Of a stretch of DNA of 64,000 nt, positions 47,273 through 55,915 are shown in pieces. Position 1 is the first letter of the stretch, and each line of letters begins with the position of its first letter. Origin of the DNA: Candidatus Melainabacteria bacterium 17Bon1m (GTDB lineage: Bacteria > Cyanobacteriota > Vampirovibrionia > Obscuribacterales > Obscuribacteraceae); NCBI GenBank assembly GCA_032128875.1, contig JAVLKG010000001.1:800001-864000 (forward strand), in the 5' to 3' direction. The translations under genes were made by a program, and so were the position numbers. The notes beneath the pieces were generated by a model that did no database searches, was not told the DNA's origin, and saw nothing but the letters and a program-made list of their open reading frames with translations.

Positions 47273-47848
47273 TTACTGCAGTCCTTCGGGGTGTTCTGCG
47301 TTGGAATTGGCTATGTAAGCGCAATTTGCCGGTTTTCCAACAATAGGCACTGAACCGATGAAAGGCATCCCGGACATATTCAGCCAGGGATTGATCGTGA
47401 ATTGAGTTCTGATTTGATACTCGTAAATGTTGTTTTGGGTGTCCGCAGGTCCGCCCAAGCCGGAATTCTTTGTAGAGTATGTGGTTCCGCCTGTGGACAG
47501 GTTGGTGGTCGCGATGTACATATCGGCACCGCAAGAGTTGTATCCACCCAGTGGCGTTATGTTCGCGAACTTTCCAAAGCCCGAATTTCTCAACTTCTTC
47601 GTCTCTTGGTCCATACCATTTAGTGCTTCTTGCCAGGTCGTGGACGACCCTGCGACACTCGCCGCCTGGCGCGTAATCATCAAAACAGTCGCCGAACTCG
47701 TCGCGAAGCCAATCAAGTTGATGAGAGGAAAGAGAACAACGAGAAAGAAGATAAAGAGGACTGGTGCGAATTCCGCAATTGCGCCGCTCCCAGTAGGACG
47801 ACGCATTCTCTTGGTTCTGCACGTTGCAACACGGTGACCCATAGCCAC
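47273..47848 (-). CDS. TadE-like pseudopilin
   Basis: Basic leader, G|xxxxEF motif (GSGAIAEFAPV), hydrophobic helix, then RQAA. Confidence 0.7.
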   Translation of the reverse strand: MAMGHRVATCRTKRMRRPTGSGAIAEFAPVLFIFFLVVLFPLINLIGFATSSATVLMITRQAASVAGSSTTWQEALNGMDQETKKLRNSGFGKFANITPLGGYNSCGADMYIATTNLSTGGTTYSTKNSGLGGPADTQNNIYEYQIRTQFTINPWLNMSGMPFIGSVPIVGKPANCAYIANSNAEHPEGLQ

Positions 47849-47953
47849 TCAAACCCCCCGGTCGAAAATGGGCAAGGAAACCCACTTATATTATTCCCTG
47901 TAAGATAGACAACGATCTCACCCGAGCGGGTGAGGGTAAAGAGGCGTAAACCG

Positions 47954-48322
47954 ATGAAAGATTGTCAGGATAAGCTGTCCAGCGTTGTCGGAAGCAAAGT
48001 TGTACGGGCTAGCAGCAGTCTGAACCAGCTTGCCGTTGAGTTTTCAGGGGATAAATGCCTCTTTCTTGACGTCAAAGTGTCTGAAGACGGACCGTCCATC
48101 GAACCAACAGTGACGGATGCCTCCAATTTCCCTTCCGAAGGCGATGTTGTCTGTAAGGTTGACTGGAGTTGGATTTCGGGCGGTGAGCTTACCGACATTA
48201 AAACGGGCGTCGACCAGTTTAGGCTTATTCTTGCGCCGCAAGGACCTATAACCGTGTCGGCCGGGGTTTGGCAAGGTAAACCGTTCCTCTCCTTCATGCC
48301 TTACAAGGCGCCGGCGAAGTAG
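47954..48322 (+). CDS. Hypothetical protein
   Basis: GAGG RBS; compact beta-rich ORF. Confidence 0.65.
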   Translation: MKDCQDKLSSVVGSKVVRASSSLNQLAVEFSGDKCLFLDVKVSEDGPSIEPTVTDASNFPSEGDVVCKVDWSWISGGELTDIKTGVDQFRLILAPQGPITVSAGVWQGKPFLSFMPYKAPAK

Positions 48323-48455
48323 ATTTCTCCGTTTTTTAAGCTTTTTTGTGGGAAAAACCGGCGGCCGTGCGTATTTTCCCCAATCGATTCTTTTATGGGA
48401 ACGGTTTAATATTCTGGCATTGAAGGCAACCCAAGTGCAGAACGGAGATTCACCC

Positions 48456-48629
48456 ATGAATCCGACCACGATAACTAACCAAGTCGAAGGCGCCGAATCC
48501 AGAACACAAGGCGACAATCGCCAAGGTCAATCAGCTGCCAGTTCCAGTGCAAACCAAAACGCCACTCCCGTCTGCAACAATGGAGTATGCATGGTCACCT
48601 GGAAGCCTACTAAACCGCAAGCTGCCTAA
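48456..48629 (+). CDS. Small protein (57 aa) ending ...PVCNNGVCMVTWKP
   Basis: GGAGA RBS upstream of ATG 48456. Confidence 0.6.
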   Translation: MNPTTITNQVEGAESRTQGDNRQGQSAASSSANQNATPVCNNGVCMVTWKPTKPQAA

Positions 48630-48656
48630 TAAAATACAAAGCGCCGATTGCGCTAA

Positions 48657-48872
48657 TTAAGCTTCAACAACCGCTCGTTTCCGCTTAGTCGAAACGGGCG
48701 TTTCTGTTTGTTGTGCCTTTGCCTTCATTCTCTTTTCGAGTTGGGCAACCGAAAAAGGATAAGGACACCAGCCAGCTCCATTCACAGGACATGTTGCAAG
48801 CGCTGCACTGGACACCTTTGCCCGACGTGCTTTAGTGCGCTTTGGAGCCGTCTTTGTGCTCGGTTTTTTCAT
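48657..48872 (-). CDS. Small basic protein (71 aa) with CPVNGAGWCPYP motif
   Basis: AAGGAGAG RBS upstream of ATG. Confidence 0.65.
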   Translation of the reverse strand: MKKPSTKTAPKRTKARRAKVSSAALATCPVNGAGWCPYPFSVAQLEKRMKAKAQQTETPVSTKRKRAVVEA

Positions 48873-49322
48873 GCCGCTCTCCTTGTGAGTCTATATTTGG
48901 TATACCACCAAATGCAGAATTGGCGCGCACCTCACTTTAATTTGCTTGAAAAAATCAGTGATTCTCGTGCCTTTGAAATGCCCGAAAAGGTAGACTAACT
49001 GACTGTTTTCGAGTTCCGGAGATATCGAAAAATTTTATCTTTCTCCGTGATCATTTCTTGCTTTCGGCATCAAAAGTACGTTCAAATAGTGTGCAATTTT
49101 TTTTTGAAAATCATGCGCGAAAAGATATCACTGTTGCGTGAGGCAGGCATCTGTATTTCGAATGCCGTGAGTTTAAAAATTGAAGTTGTGGGAAATTGCT
49201 GACGTCCGTCAAGCCAAATCCAATGTGCCTGAATGCTGCTACTGTGTATGTGCACGTCGGAGTGATTTTTGTGGTTTTCAACGGCTGTAACACAGAGAAT
49301 TCAATACGGGGCGGTATTGTCA

Positions 49323-50840
49323 ATGCAAACTGAAGACGGGGAAAACACGACTGAACATTTGACCACGCAAGTAGCACATGCTGATGGCCGCGTAGAACTG
49401 ACCGATGAGTCTCTTATTTCTTCTAGTCCAATCTACAATCATGACCTTGCACCCATCCCAGTCTCTGAACGCAATTGGTCGACTTACAATTACGCTGCTC
49501 TCTGGGTGAGCATGTCTGCATGTATTCCCACATACATGCTTTCTTCCAGCCTTATTGCAAATGGTATGAATTGGTGGCAAGCAGTCATCACTATTTTGCT
49601 AGGCAATATCATCGTGTTGGTGCCGATTCTGCTGAATTCTCATCCTGGCACCAAATACGGTATCCCTTTTCCGGTTTTCGCTCGCGCCGCATACGGAACA
49701 TATGGTTCAAATTTGCCCGCACTTATGCGAGCTATCGTTGCTTGCGGATGGTTTGGCATTCAAGCTTGGATTGGCGGTCAGGCACTGCATGTATTTTTTA
49801 AATCGGTTTTTCCCTCCTGGGAAACAGCGCTCGGCGGTCCGATTGGTGGACATTTGCTCGGTGAATGGATCGGGTTCGCTCTATTCTGGGGGCTAAACAT
49901 CCTTATCATCTATAAGGGCATGGATCTGCTCAAGAAGGTTGAAGGACTTGCTGCTCCATTCGTCATGATCATGTGTTTTGCCATGGTTGTATGGGCTGTT
50001 TCGTCGGCTCACGGATTCGGCGGAATGCTCGGTGACGGCGGCAAATTTCCAACCTTGTCGGCATTCTTGCCAGTATTTATTCCAAATTTGACCGCCATGA
50101 TTGGATTTTGGGCGACACTTTCGTTGAACATGCCGGACTTTACTCGTTTTGGCAAAAGTCAGAAAGAACAAACAGTCGGGCAAGTCGTTGCGCTGCCCAC
50201 AGCAATGACTGTTTTTGCATCAATGGGTATTGTTATTACGTCTTGTGCTCTGGTTATTTATCCGAATACGAGCGGTCAAGAACTTTGGGATCCAGTTAAA
50301 TTGATCGGTCACTTCTCCAATCCGCTCGTCGTTGCCATCGCGATGTTTACGGTCGCAGTGGCGACCTTGGCGGTGAATATTGCGGCAAATGTTGTCTCGC
50401 CCGCGAATGATTTCGCGAATGCTTTTCCTCGCTGGATCAGTTTTCGTACAGGTGGTCTGATTACTGGGATCTTGGGCATCTTGATGCAGCCCTGGCAATT
50501 GGTTGCTGACCCTTCAGGCTACATTTATAAGTGGTTGATTGGTTATTCCGGCGGGCTGGGCGCGATTGGCGGTGTCTTGATTGCAGACTATTGGATCGTT
50601 CGAAAGCAGAAGCTCAATCTGGCGGATTTGTATCTTCAGAAAGGTGAATACACCTATAACAACGGCTGGAATTGGAAGGCTGTGGTCGCCACCATCATCG
50701 GTTGTTTCTTCGCCTGGATTGGCATACTTGTGGATGTGATGAAACCGCTTTACGACTATGGCTGGTTTGTCGGCTTTGCTATGGCAGGCGTTAGCTACAT
50801 CGCCATGATGAAGGGCTCAGCGGCGAAGAAGCCAGAATAA
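49323..50840 (+). CDS. NCS1 nucleobase:cation symporter (uracil/allantoin permease family)
   Basis: YNHDLAP, GTKYGIPFPV, ACGWFGIQ, WATLSLNMPDFTRF, NIAANVVSP. Confidence 0.95.
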   Translation: MQTEDGENTTEHLTTQVAHADGRVELTDESLISSSPIYNHDLAPIPVSERNWSTYNYAALWVSMSACIPTYMLSSSLIANGMNWWQAVITILLGNIIVLVPILLNSHPGTKYGIPFPVFARAAYGTYGSNLPALMRAIVACGWFGIQAWIGGQALHVFFKSVFPSWETALGGPIGGHLLGEWIGFALFWGLNILIIYKGMDLLKKVEGLAAPFVMIMCFAMVVWAVSSAHGFGGMLGDGGKFPTLSAFLPVFIPNLTAMIGFWATLSLNMPDFTRFGKSQKEQTVGQVVALPTAMTVFASMGIVITSCALVIYPNTSGQELWDPVKLIGHFSNPLVVAIAMFTVAVATLAVNIAANVVSPANDFANAFPRWISFRTGGLITGILGILMQPWQLVADPSGYIYKWLIGYSGGLGAIGGVLIADYWIVRKQKLNLADLYLQKGEYTYNNGWNWKAVVATIIGCFFAWIGILVDVMKPLYDYGWFVGFAMAGVSYIAMMKGSAAKKPE

Positions 50841-50987
50841 AACGCCCCTGCCGAACCCAGCTCAACAGTCTTGAAACTGTTAGGACTGTCCTCATCGCGC
50901 TCGACAGAAAGCTGTACCTTGGATTTGTAGGACAAGTCTTTATACCGAACCTGGAGGAGAAGCGATTATTTTCGCTTCGGTTTTAGC

Positions 50988-51710
50988 ATGAAAGAATCTC
51001 GCAAACTCAAAGCCATAAAAGATAAGAAGAATTGGTGGGGCGCTTTATTTCTGTGGATTGTGAATGAGATCGTATTGCGGTTTAAATTCCGCCGCGTTGA
51101 AATTTATGGACGCGACAATGTTCCTAATGATGGTCCCTTCGTCATAGTGAGCAACCACTCTTCTCGATTTGACGGATTGATGGTGTTGCGTGGGTTGCGT
51201 CGAAAAGCAAATTACATGGTCTCTCCTGCCGAGCTCACCGGCTACCAGGGCGTGACACTGCCTTGGGTTGGAGCGTTTCCTGCAGACCCGAAGAGTGATC
51301 TGATTGGGTTTTCAGAAGCGGGATTTCGCAAGAACGAAGGACTCGTAGTCTTTCCTGAAGGCACTGTTTATTACGACGGTGTATTGCGGCCTTTCAAACT
51401 AGGTGCAGCCCGCATTGCATTGGCAGCGCAAAACGATGGCATTCCCATCAAAGTCATTCCAACTTCAATCATGTATGAGTGGGGCTCTCAGAATATAGCC
51501 AGAATCATATTTGGTGAGCCTGTTGATTTGGAATGTTATGCAGATAGTTATAAAAATGACTCTCTGACTGCCGCGAGAAATTTGAGTGAGAGCCTTTATA
51601 GAGAAGTTGCAGCCTTGAGATCGGAAATCTCGGATCGACCGAATGCCTGCCTGGAGACAGCCTGCAAGCTCAACCGTTCTTGGTCACTAGAATTTGAGAA
51701 AGTAGCCTAA
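50988..51710 (+). CDS. plsC: 1-acyl-sn-glycerol-3-phosphate acyltransferase family
   Basis: NHSSRFD, VFPEGT, FKLGA. Confidence 0.85.
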   Translation: MKESRKLKAIKDKKNWWGALFLWIVNEIVLRFKFRRVEIYGRDNVPNDGPFVIVSNHSSRFDGLMVLRGLRRKANYMVSPAELTGYQGVTLPWVGAFPADPKSDLIGFSEAGFRKNEGLVVFPEGTVYYDGVLRPFKLGAARIALAAQNDGIPIKVIPTSIMYEWGSQNIARIIFGEPVDLECYADSYKNDSLTAARNLSESLYREVAALRSEISDRPNACLETACKLNRSWSLEFEKVA

Positions 51711-53792
51711 CTATGATTTGTGCACAGACTTTGTCGCCACCAGAAGTTCGCCGGCGAGCCACAGTTTTACCAAATTGTCGAGAATGTTCTCAACGCGCAC
51801 AGCGCCCTTCAGCACTGGAAAATCTCTTGATTCGACGACCGGGAGTTTTTTCAAACCATGCTCGCGCATCGTTGAGAGCGCCAAGCTCGTACTTTCGTTC
51901 TGAGAAATGAAGATAGGCTCGGGGACCATGATGTCGCGGACGCAGACGCGCAGGCTGCGATCTTGAACAGCAAGTTCGATGGCGCGGAATAAATCCGAGC
52001 GTGAAACGATGCCTACCAATTGTTCGCTGTCGTTAACCACGCAGATAAAGTCGAGCTTGTGAATATTGATCATCTCGATTGCTGTTTCAACCGCATCTGT
52101 CGGTTTTAGAGGCGGGTTAGTCATTGGTTCGACTAAGCAAGAAAGCGGAATCGTCTCCAATATTTCTTTGGCTTCCGGCAAGTTTTTCCAAATGTTTGTT
52201 CTGCGTTTCATCGCCTTCGCTACTGCATCTCTCAATGGCGCCAGACATGAGGAGATCTGCGTAAAAACGTTTCGTCCCAAAACTGTGACTTCAACATTTG
52301 AGCGCGCTCTTATTGATGCACTGCGGGCGCCACTGTCTATCAAAGCGCCCTCGCCGAAGAAGTCGCCCGGTCCGAGAATGGCAAGAATTTCTTCTCCGTC
52401 GGCAGCAATGCTGCCTTTTACGACTTCAACCTGTCCTTGCTGAATCACGTAAAACTCTGTCGCCGGATCACCTTCGTGGAAAATGTAATCGCCAGTCGGA
52501 TGGTAGGCGCGGCTCACGCGGCGCGAGCGATCCGCTTTCATGTGCGCCAGTGTGCGAGGAAAAACCAAGTCGCACATCCACTCAAGTCCAACTTTTATTT
52601 GCTGTGAGAAAGAAGGCAGCTTCATAAGATAAACGCCGCGCCACACGAACCATGCGGGGAAACCACTGATTCGCAATCCCATAATTTCGGCAATTGCACT
52701 GCGACCACCGATCGAGCACATTGCGCCCATCATTTTGAATGAGAATGGTTGTGTAGGTTCGCCTTTTAACCTGCGAATGACGTTGAGAGCGACCTGCGTA
52801 CCTTGGCGTTCTGCAAATTGTGCAACAGGCGGAGAAAGTTTGCCGTCCTCTGCATTGATTACTGCAGCGCAATCGCCGATAGCCCATGTGTGCGGAAATC
52901 CAGGCAGGCTCATATCCGGCTCTGTCTTCAATCGACCGCGTTCTTTCGGCAAGTCTATGCGATTGATGACTGGCAAAGTGGTAGTACCGATGGTGCAAAC
53001 CACGGTCGCGGCTTCCAGGACTGTTCCATCTTTTAAAATCACACCATCTGGTGTTGCAGCCGCAGCCATGGCATTAAGTACCATCGAGACGCCCGATTCT
53101 TTCATCTTGTGCTCTGCAAACGTTCTCAGCGAAAGACTGACTTCCGGCAAGATGTGATCGCCGGAATGAACGATAGTAACGGTGATGTCTTTCTCTTCGA
53201 TTGTGGAGAAGAATTTGCGGCTCTTGCGCACCAGGTCGTTGATTTCACCTGCGACTTCAACACCTGAAAATCCGCCCCCTACAACTATGAAGGACAGGTA
53301 AAAATGCTTCATGACTGGGTCTTCGCAGACTTCCGCCTTTTCAAGCATCTCCATGATGTGCGCTTGCAATGCCAGCGCGTCGCCGACTGTTTTCAAAGCA
53401 AATGCGTGATCGTCCATGCCTGGTATTAGCGACAGGTTGGATGTGTTTCCGCAGCTTATGACAACTTGGTCGTAAGCCATTTGGCGACGTTTTCCGTCAT
53501 AGCCTTCGTACTCGACTAATTTGTTGGCAATGTCGATTGAAAGAACGTCCTCAGTGCGGCACTTGACGCCGTGCAAAAGCTGTCTGAGGGGCGCCGCAAC
53601 GTCTTTGGGTTGAACTGCGGCGCTTGCGACTTCCGCGAGCAGAGGATGGAAAACCATATGGTTTTCGCGATTGAAAAGCACAATCTCGTATTCGCTGGGT
53701 GAAAGGTGTTTCGTCAGCGTGCGAGCGCACTTAACTCCGGCAAATCCGCCGCCTAAGATGAGTATTCGCTTGCGACTCTTTTCTTCTGGCAT
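51711..53792 (-). CDS. Type II NADH dehydrogenase fused to a cNMP-binding domain and a CBS pair
   Basis: GGGFAG, GGGFSGVEVAGE, AIGD, AQFA..QG; then FHEGD...FYVI..G.V...GDFFGE...RSASIRA; two CBS motifs. Confidence 0.9.
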   Translation of the reverse strand: MPEEKSRKRILILGGGFAGVKCARTLTKHLSPSEYEIVLFNRENHMVFHPLLAEVASAAVQPKDVAAPLRQLLHGVKCRTEDVLSIDIANKLVEYEGYDGKRRQMAYDQVVISCGNTSNLSLIPGMDDHAFALKTVGDALALQAHIMEMLEKAEVCEDPVMKHFYLSFIVVGGGFSGVEVAGEINDLVRKSRKFFSTIEEKDITVTIVHSGDHILPEVSLSLRTFAEHKMKESGVSMVLNAMAAAATPDGVILKDGTVLEAATVVCTIGTTTLPVINRIDLPKERGRLKTEPDMSLPGFPHTWAIGDCAAVINAEDGKLSPPVAQFAERQGTQVALNVIRRLKGEPTQPFSFKMMGAMCSIGGRSAIAEIMGLRISGFPAWFVWRGVYLMKLPSFSQQIKVGLEWMCDLVFPRTLAHMKADRSRRVSRAYHPTGDYIFHEGDPATEFYVIQQGQVEVVKGSIAADGEEILAILGPGDFFGEGALIDSGARSASIRARSNVEVTVLGRNVFTQISSCLAPLRDAVAKAMKRRTNIWKNLPEAKEILETIPLSCLVEPMTNPPLKPTDAVETAIEMINIHKLDFICVVNDSEQLVGIVSRSDLFRAIELAVQDRSLRVCVRDIMVPEPIFISQNESTSLALSTMREHGLKKLPVVESRDFPVLKGAVRVENILDNLVKLWLAGELLVATKSVHKS

Positions 53793-53944
53793 ACCTATTC
53801 TCGGGTCCTCGGAGGCGCGGTCTGCCGCTGTGCGGGCTTCCGGCTCGATGGGGTCGACGCGGTCATGTCCGGCAGTAGCTGCGCCTAAACTGCCAAGACA
53901 AAGGTCTCCAGGCGATACGCGATGATTATATATGGAATATGCGC

Positions 53945-54826
53945 TTATTTCTCTTCATAAAACCCGCCTTCACCGCGGGTGTAGTTGAGCACAGCCGCCA
54001 TTTTGGACATATCGCTGAGAATCCGGCGTTCCTTAACGCCTGTCACATTCTGGCGAATGTCGGCTATCAAATCGTTGTTCTTAATGACACTGTCCACCGA
54101 AACCTCGCTCACCGCGAGATGTCCGCCCTCAAGCAATTTGAAGTGGCGTCTAGCAATGCCGTCTTTGGGGCGTAAATCCGACTGGGTCAGTTTTCGATCG
54201 CCTGCAACGAACTCGAAGCCAGGCGCCAACTGAATAGTTTTCATCTCTGTGCCCGGCGGCTGAACTTGAACGTTAACGCTTTTGCCCAGCCCGTCGATGT
54301 TTTGCACCCTCAAGATGCCATTGTTGAACTGAACCACCGCATCGCCGTCGGATGCGATTGAAATTTTGCCATATGGAACAGTGACCATCGCCATGTTTGA
54401 TGGGCGTTTTACCGTTACCAAAATGTCGCCCTTCTTCAAGGTGACCGCGTAAACGGTCGGTCTAGTGTATTCGGCTGCCGGGCGCGAGCGCACCAATATC
54501 CATTCACCCGACCCTTTGAGCTGTTCTTCCTTCGGGAACTGGCTGTTAGGTATTTGCTGAATTCCAGAAAGGGCCCAGAGTGCCGGAGTGCTCAATTGGA
54601 CATTAGGCGACGTGACGTCCGTCGGCACAAAGACTGGCACCTTCGGGTTAAACGGATTGGGCGGGGGAATCAACGGTATTATGGGTGGTGGCATGCCGTA
54701 TGGGCCGCCAAACGCAGCAAGCTGCGGTGACGAAGCTGCCAATGCAAAACAGCCGATAGCGATTGAAGCCATAACAACGGTCGACAAAGTAATTCTGCCG
54801 TCATTTGCTCGCTTGTTGCCCGACAT
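53945..54826 (-). CDS. Hypothetical exported protein with Pro-rich N-terminus
   Basis: Hydrophobic N-terminus; beta-rich body. Confidence 0.75.
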   Translation of the reverse strand: MSGNKRANDGRITLSTVVMASIAIGCFALAASSPQLAAFGGPYGMPPPIIPLIPPPNPFNPKVPVFVPTDVTSPNVQLSTPALWALSGIQQIPNSQFPKEEQLKGSGEWILVRSRPAAEYTRPTVYAVTLKKGDILVTVKRPSNMAMVTVPYGKISIASDGDAVVQFNNGILRVQNIDGLGKSVNVQVQPPGTEMKTIQLAPGFEFVAGDRKLTQSDLRPKDGIARRHFKLLEGGHLAVSEVSVDSVIKNNDLIADIRQNVTGVKERRILSDMSKMAAVLNYTRGEGGFYEEK

Positions 54827-54879
54827 CTAGCCCCCAGAAACAATAAGCCCTATTGAAGTATAGACTTATTGACTTCTGG

Positions 54880-54912
54880 CATGTAGAAAAGCCTCTAAGG
54901 CTTCCCTACATG
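54880..54912. other. Inverted repeat CATGTAG..AAGCCT/AGGCTT..CTACATG
   Basis: Visible hairpin at the edge of the long intergenic region. Confidence 0.6.
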
Positions 54913-55099
54913 GACGAAGCACGCTGCCTCAGATTCTTGTAAACACAATTATCTGAATGGCTGCATATTTTGACTGCGGACTGAGAATGAAGAAAGATGC
55001 CGGTGCAATAGCGCGAGTGTTTGGACGCAATTTATCTACGCGCGTTATGCGATTTCGATTGTTTTTTTGCTGATTTTGACTGTGTGTATGAGTACGTTT

Positions 55100-55300
55100 G
55101 TGTGTGGTTTTTGTTGAAACTCTCGTGTGACTGGGAATAACGGCGTTTTGTTTTTTTGTTCTTGTGAAACCTCCATTGAAGGGCGGTTCAAGTCTTTTGT
55201 TTTTTTTGAATTCTCCTGTGCGAAGTGCTTGCAATTCTTTTCTGTTTCTAAATCCTCCTGTTGAAGCAACTCCGTGTCTTGTTTTCTGTTTTACCTCACT
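55100..55300 (-). ncRNA. Candidate sRNA / periodic GGA(G)-motif array
   Basis: Minus-strand GAGG, ACGGAG, CAGGAGGA, CAGGAGA, ATGGAGG and ACGAGAG motifs with ~41-50 nt periodicity in A/C-rich context, none followed by a suitably spaced start codon. Confidence 0.35.
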
Positions 55301-55374
55301 ATTTTTTTGTTGTGTTTTTTACTTGCATGTTTTTTTGCGTTTTGGTCGTTTTCTACCCCTTTTGATTATTGCGA

Positions 55375-55572
55375 TCAGGCGCTCGCCGCAAGGCGGCACT
55401 TTAGATCTTGCATGAATACTTGCCCTAGCAACGTATCAATGCGTGCAATTTCGTAGATGACTGAGCACTTGCCCAGTGATTCCAGTTGATCAAGTCGCAG
55501 AACGATGCTTTCTTCTGTTCCGAAAGAAAAGCAATTGTCTTGGGAGCCTTGGACCGGTCTCTCTTGTCTCAT
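55375..55572 (-). CDS. Possible small hypothetical protein (65 aa)
   Basis: GGGGGAAG SD-like sequence before ATG; no known motif. Confidence 0.35.
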   Translation of the reverse strand: MRQERPVQGSQDNCFSFGTEESIVLRLDQLESLGKCSVIYEIARIDTLLGQVFMQDLKCRLAASA

Positions 55573-55915
55573 TGGAAGCTTCCCCCATCGAAATTTTTGT
55601 GATGCAAGCCGCCAGCCGCCACGAGAGAACTGTGGCAGCGATAAAGATCCTTGACATCCTCATGTTAGGTTTCAAATGGAGCAAATGCAAGGGGTAAACA
55701 TTTAAGCTAAACTTTGGAGAAAAGGGCTTGCTATCTCTCTTTGCTTGATAGGAATAGCTTTTCGGTTTTGCCTAAGCGAGCATATGAAAAACGGTTCAAG
55801 GGGGGACTTTCCCCCTGCATTGGAAAACGGTAAAGCAGCAACATTTTTTCAGCGCGAATTTTCGTTGAAAACGAGTATTGAACGAACGTTCAGCAAATAG
55901 ATGTGAGGACAAAAA

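Noticed and set aside
48873-49322. Purine or other riboswitch upstream of the NCS1 transporter
   Set aside because: No recognisable aptamer consensus by eye; an Rfam scan would be needed
55180-55196. GGTTCAAGTC T-loop-like motif (tRNA?)
   Set aside because: No cloverleaf can be built around it
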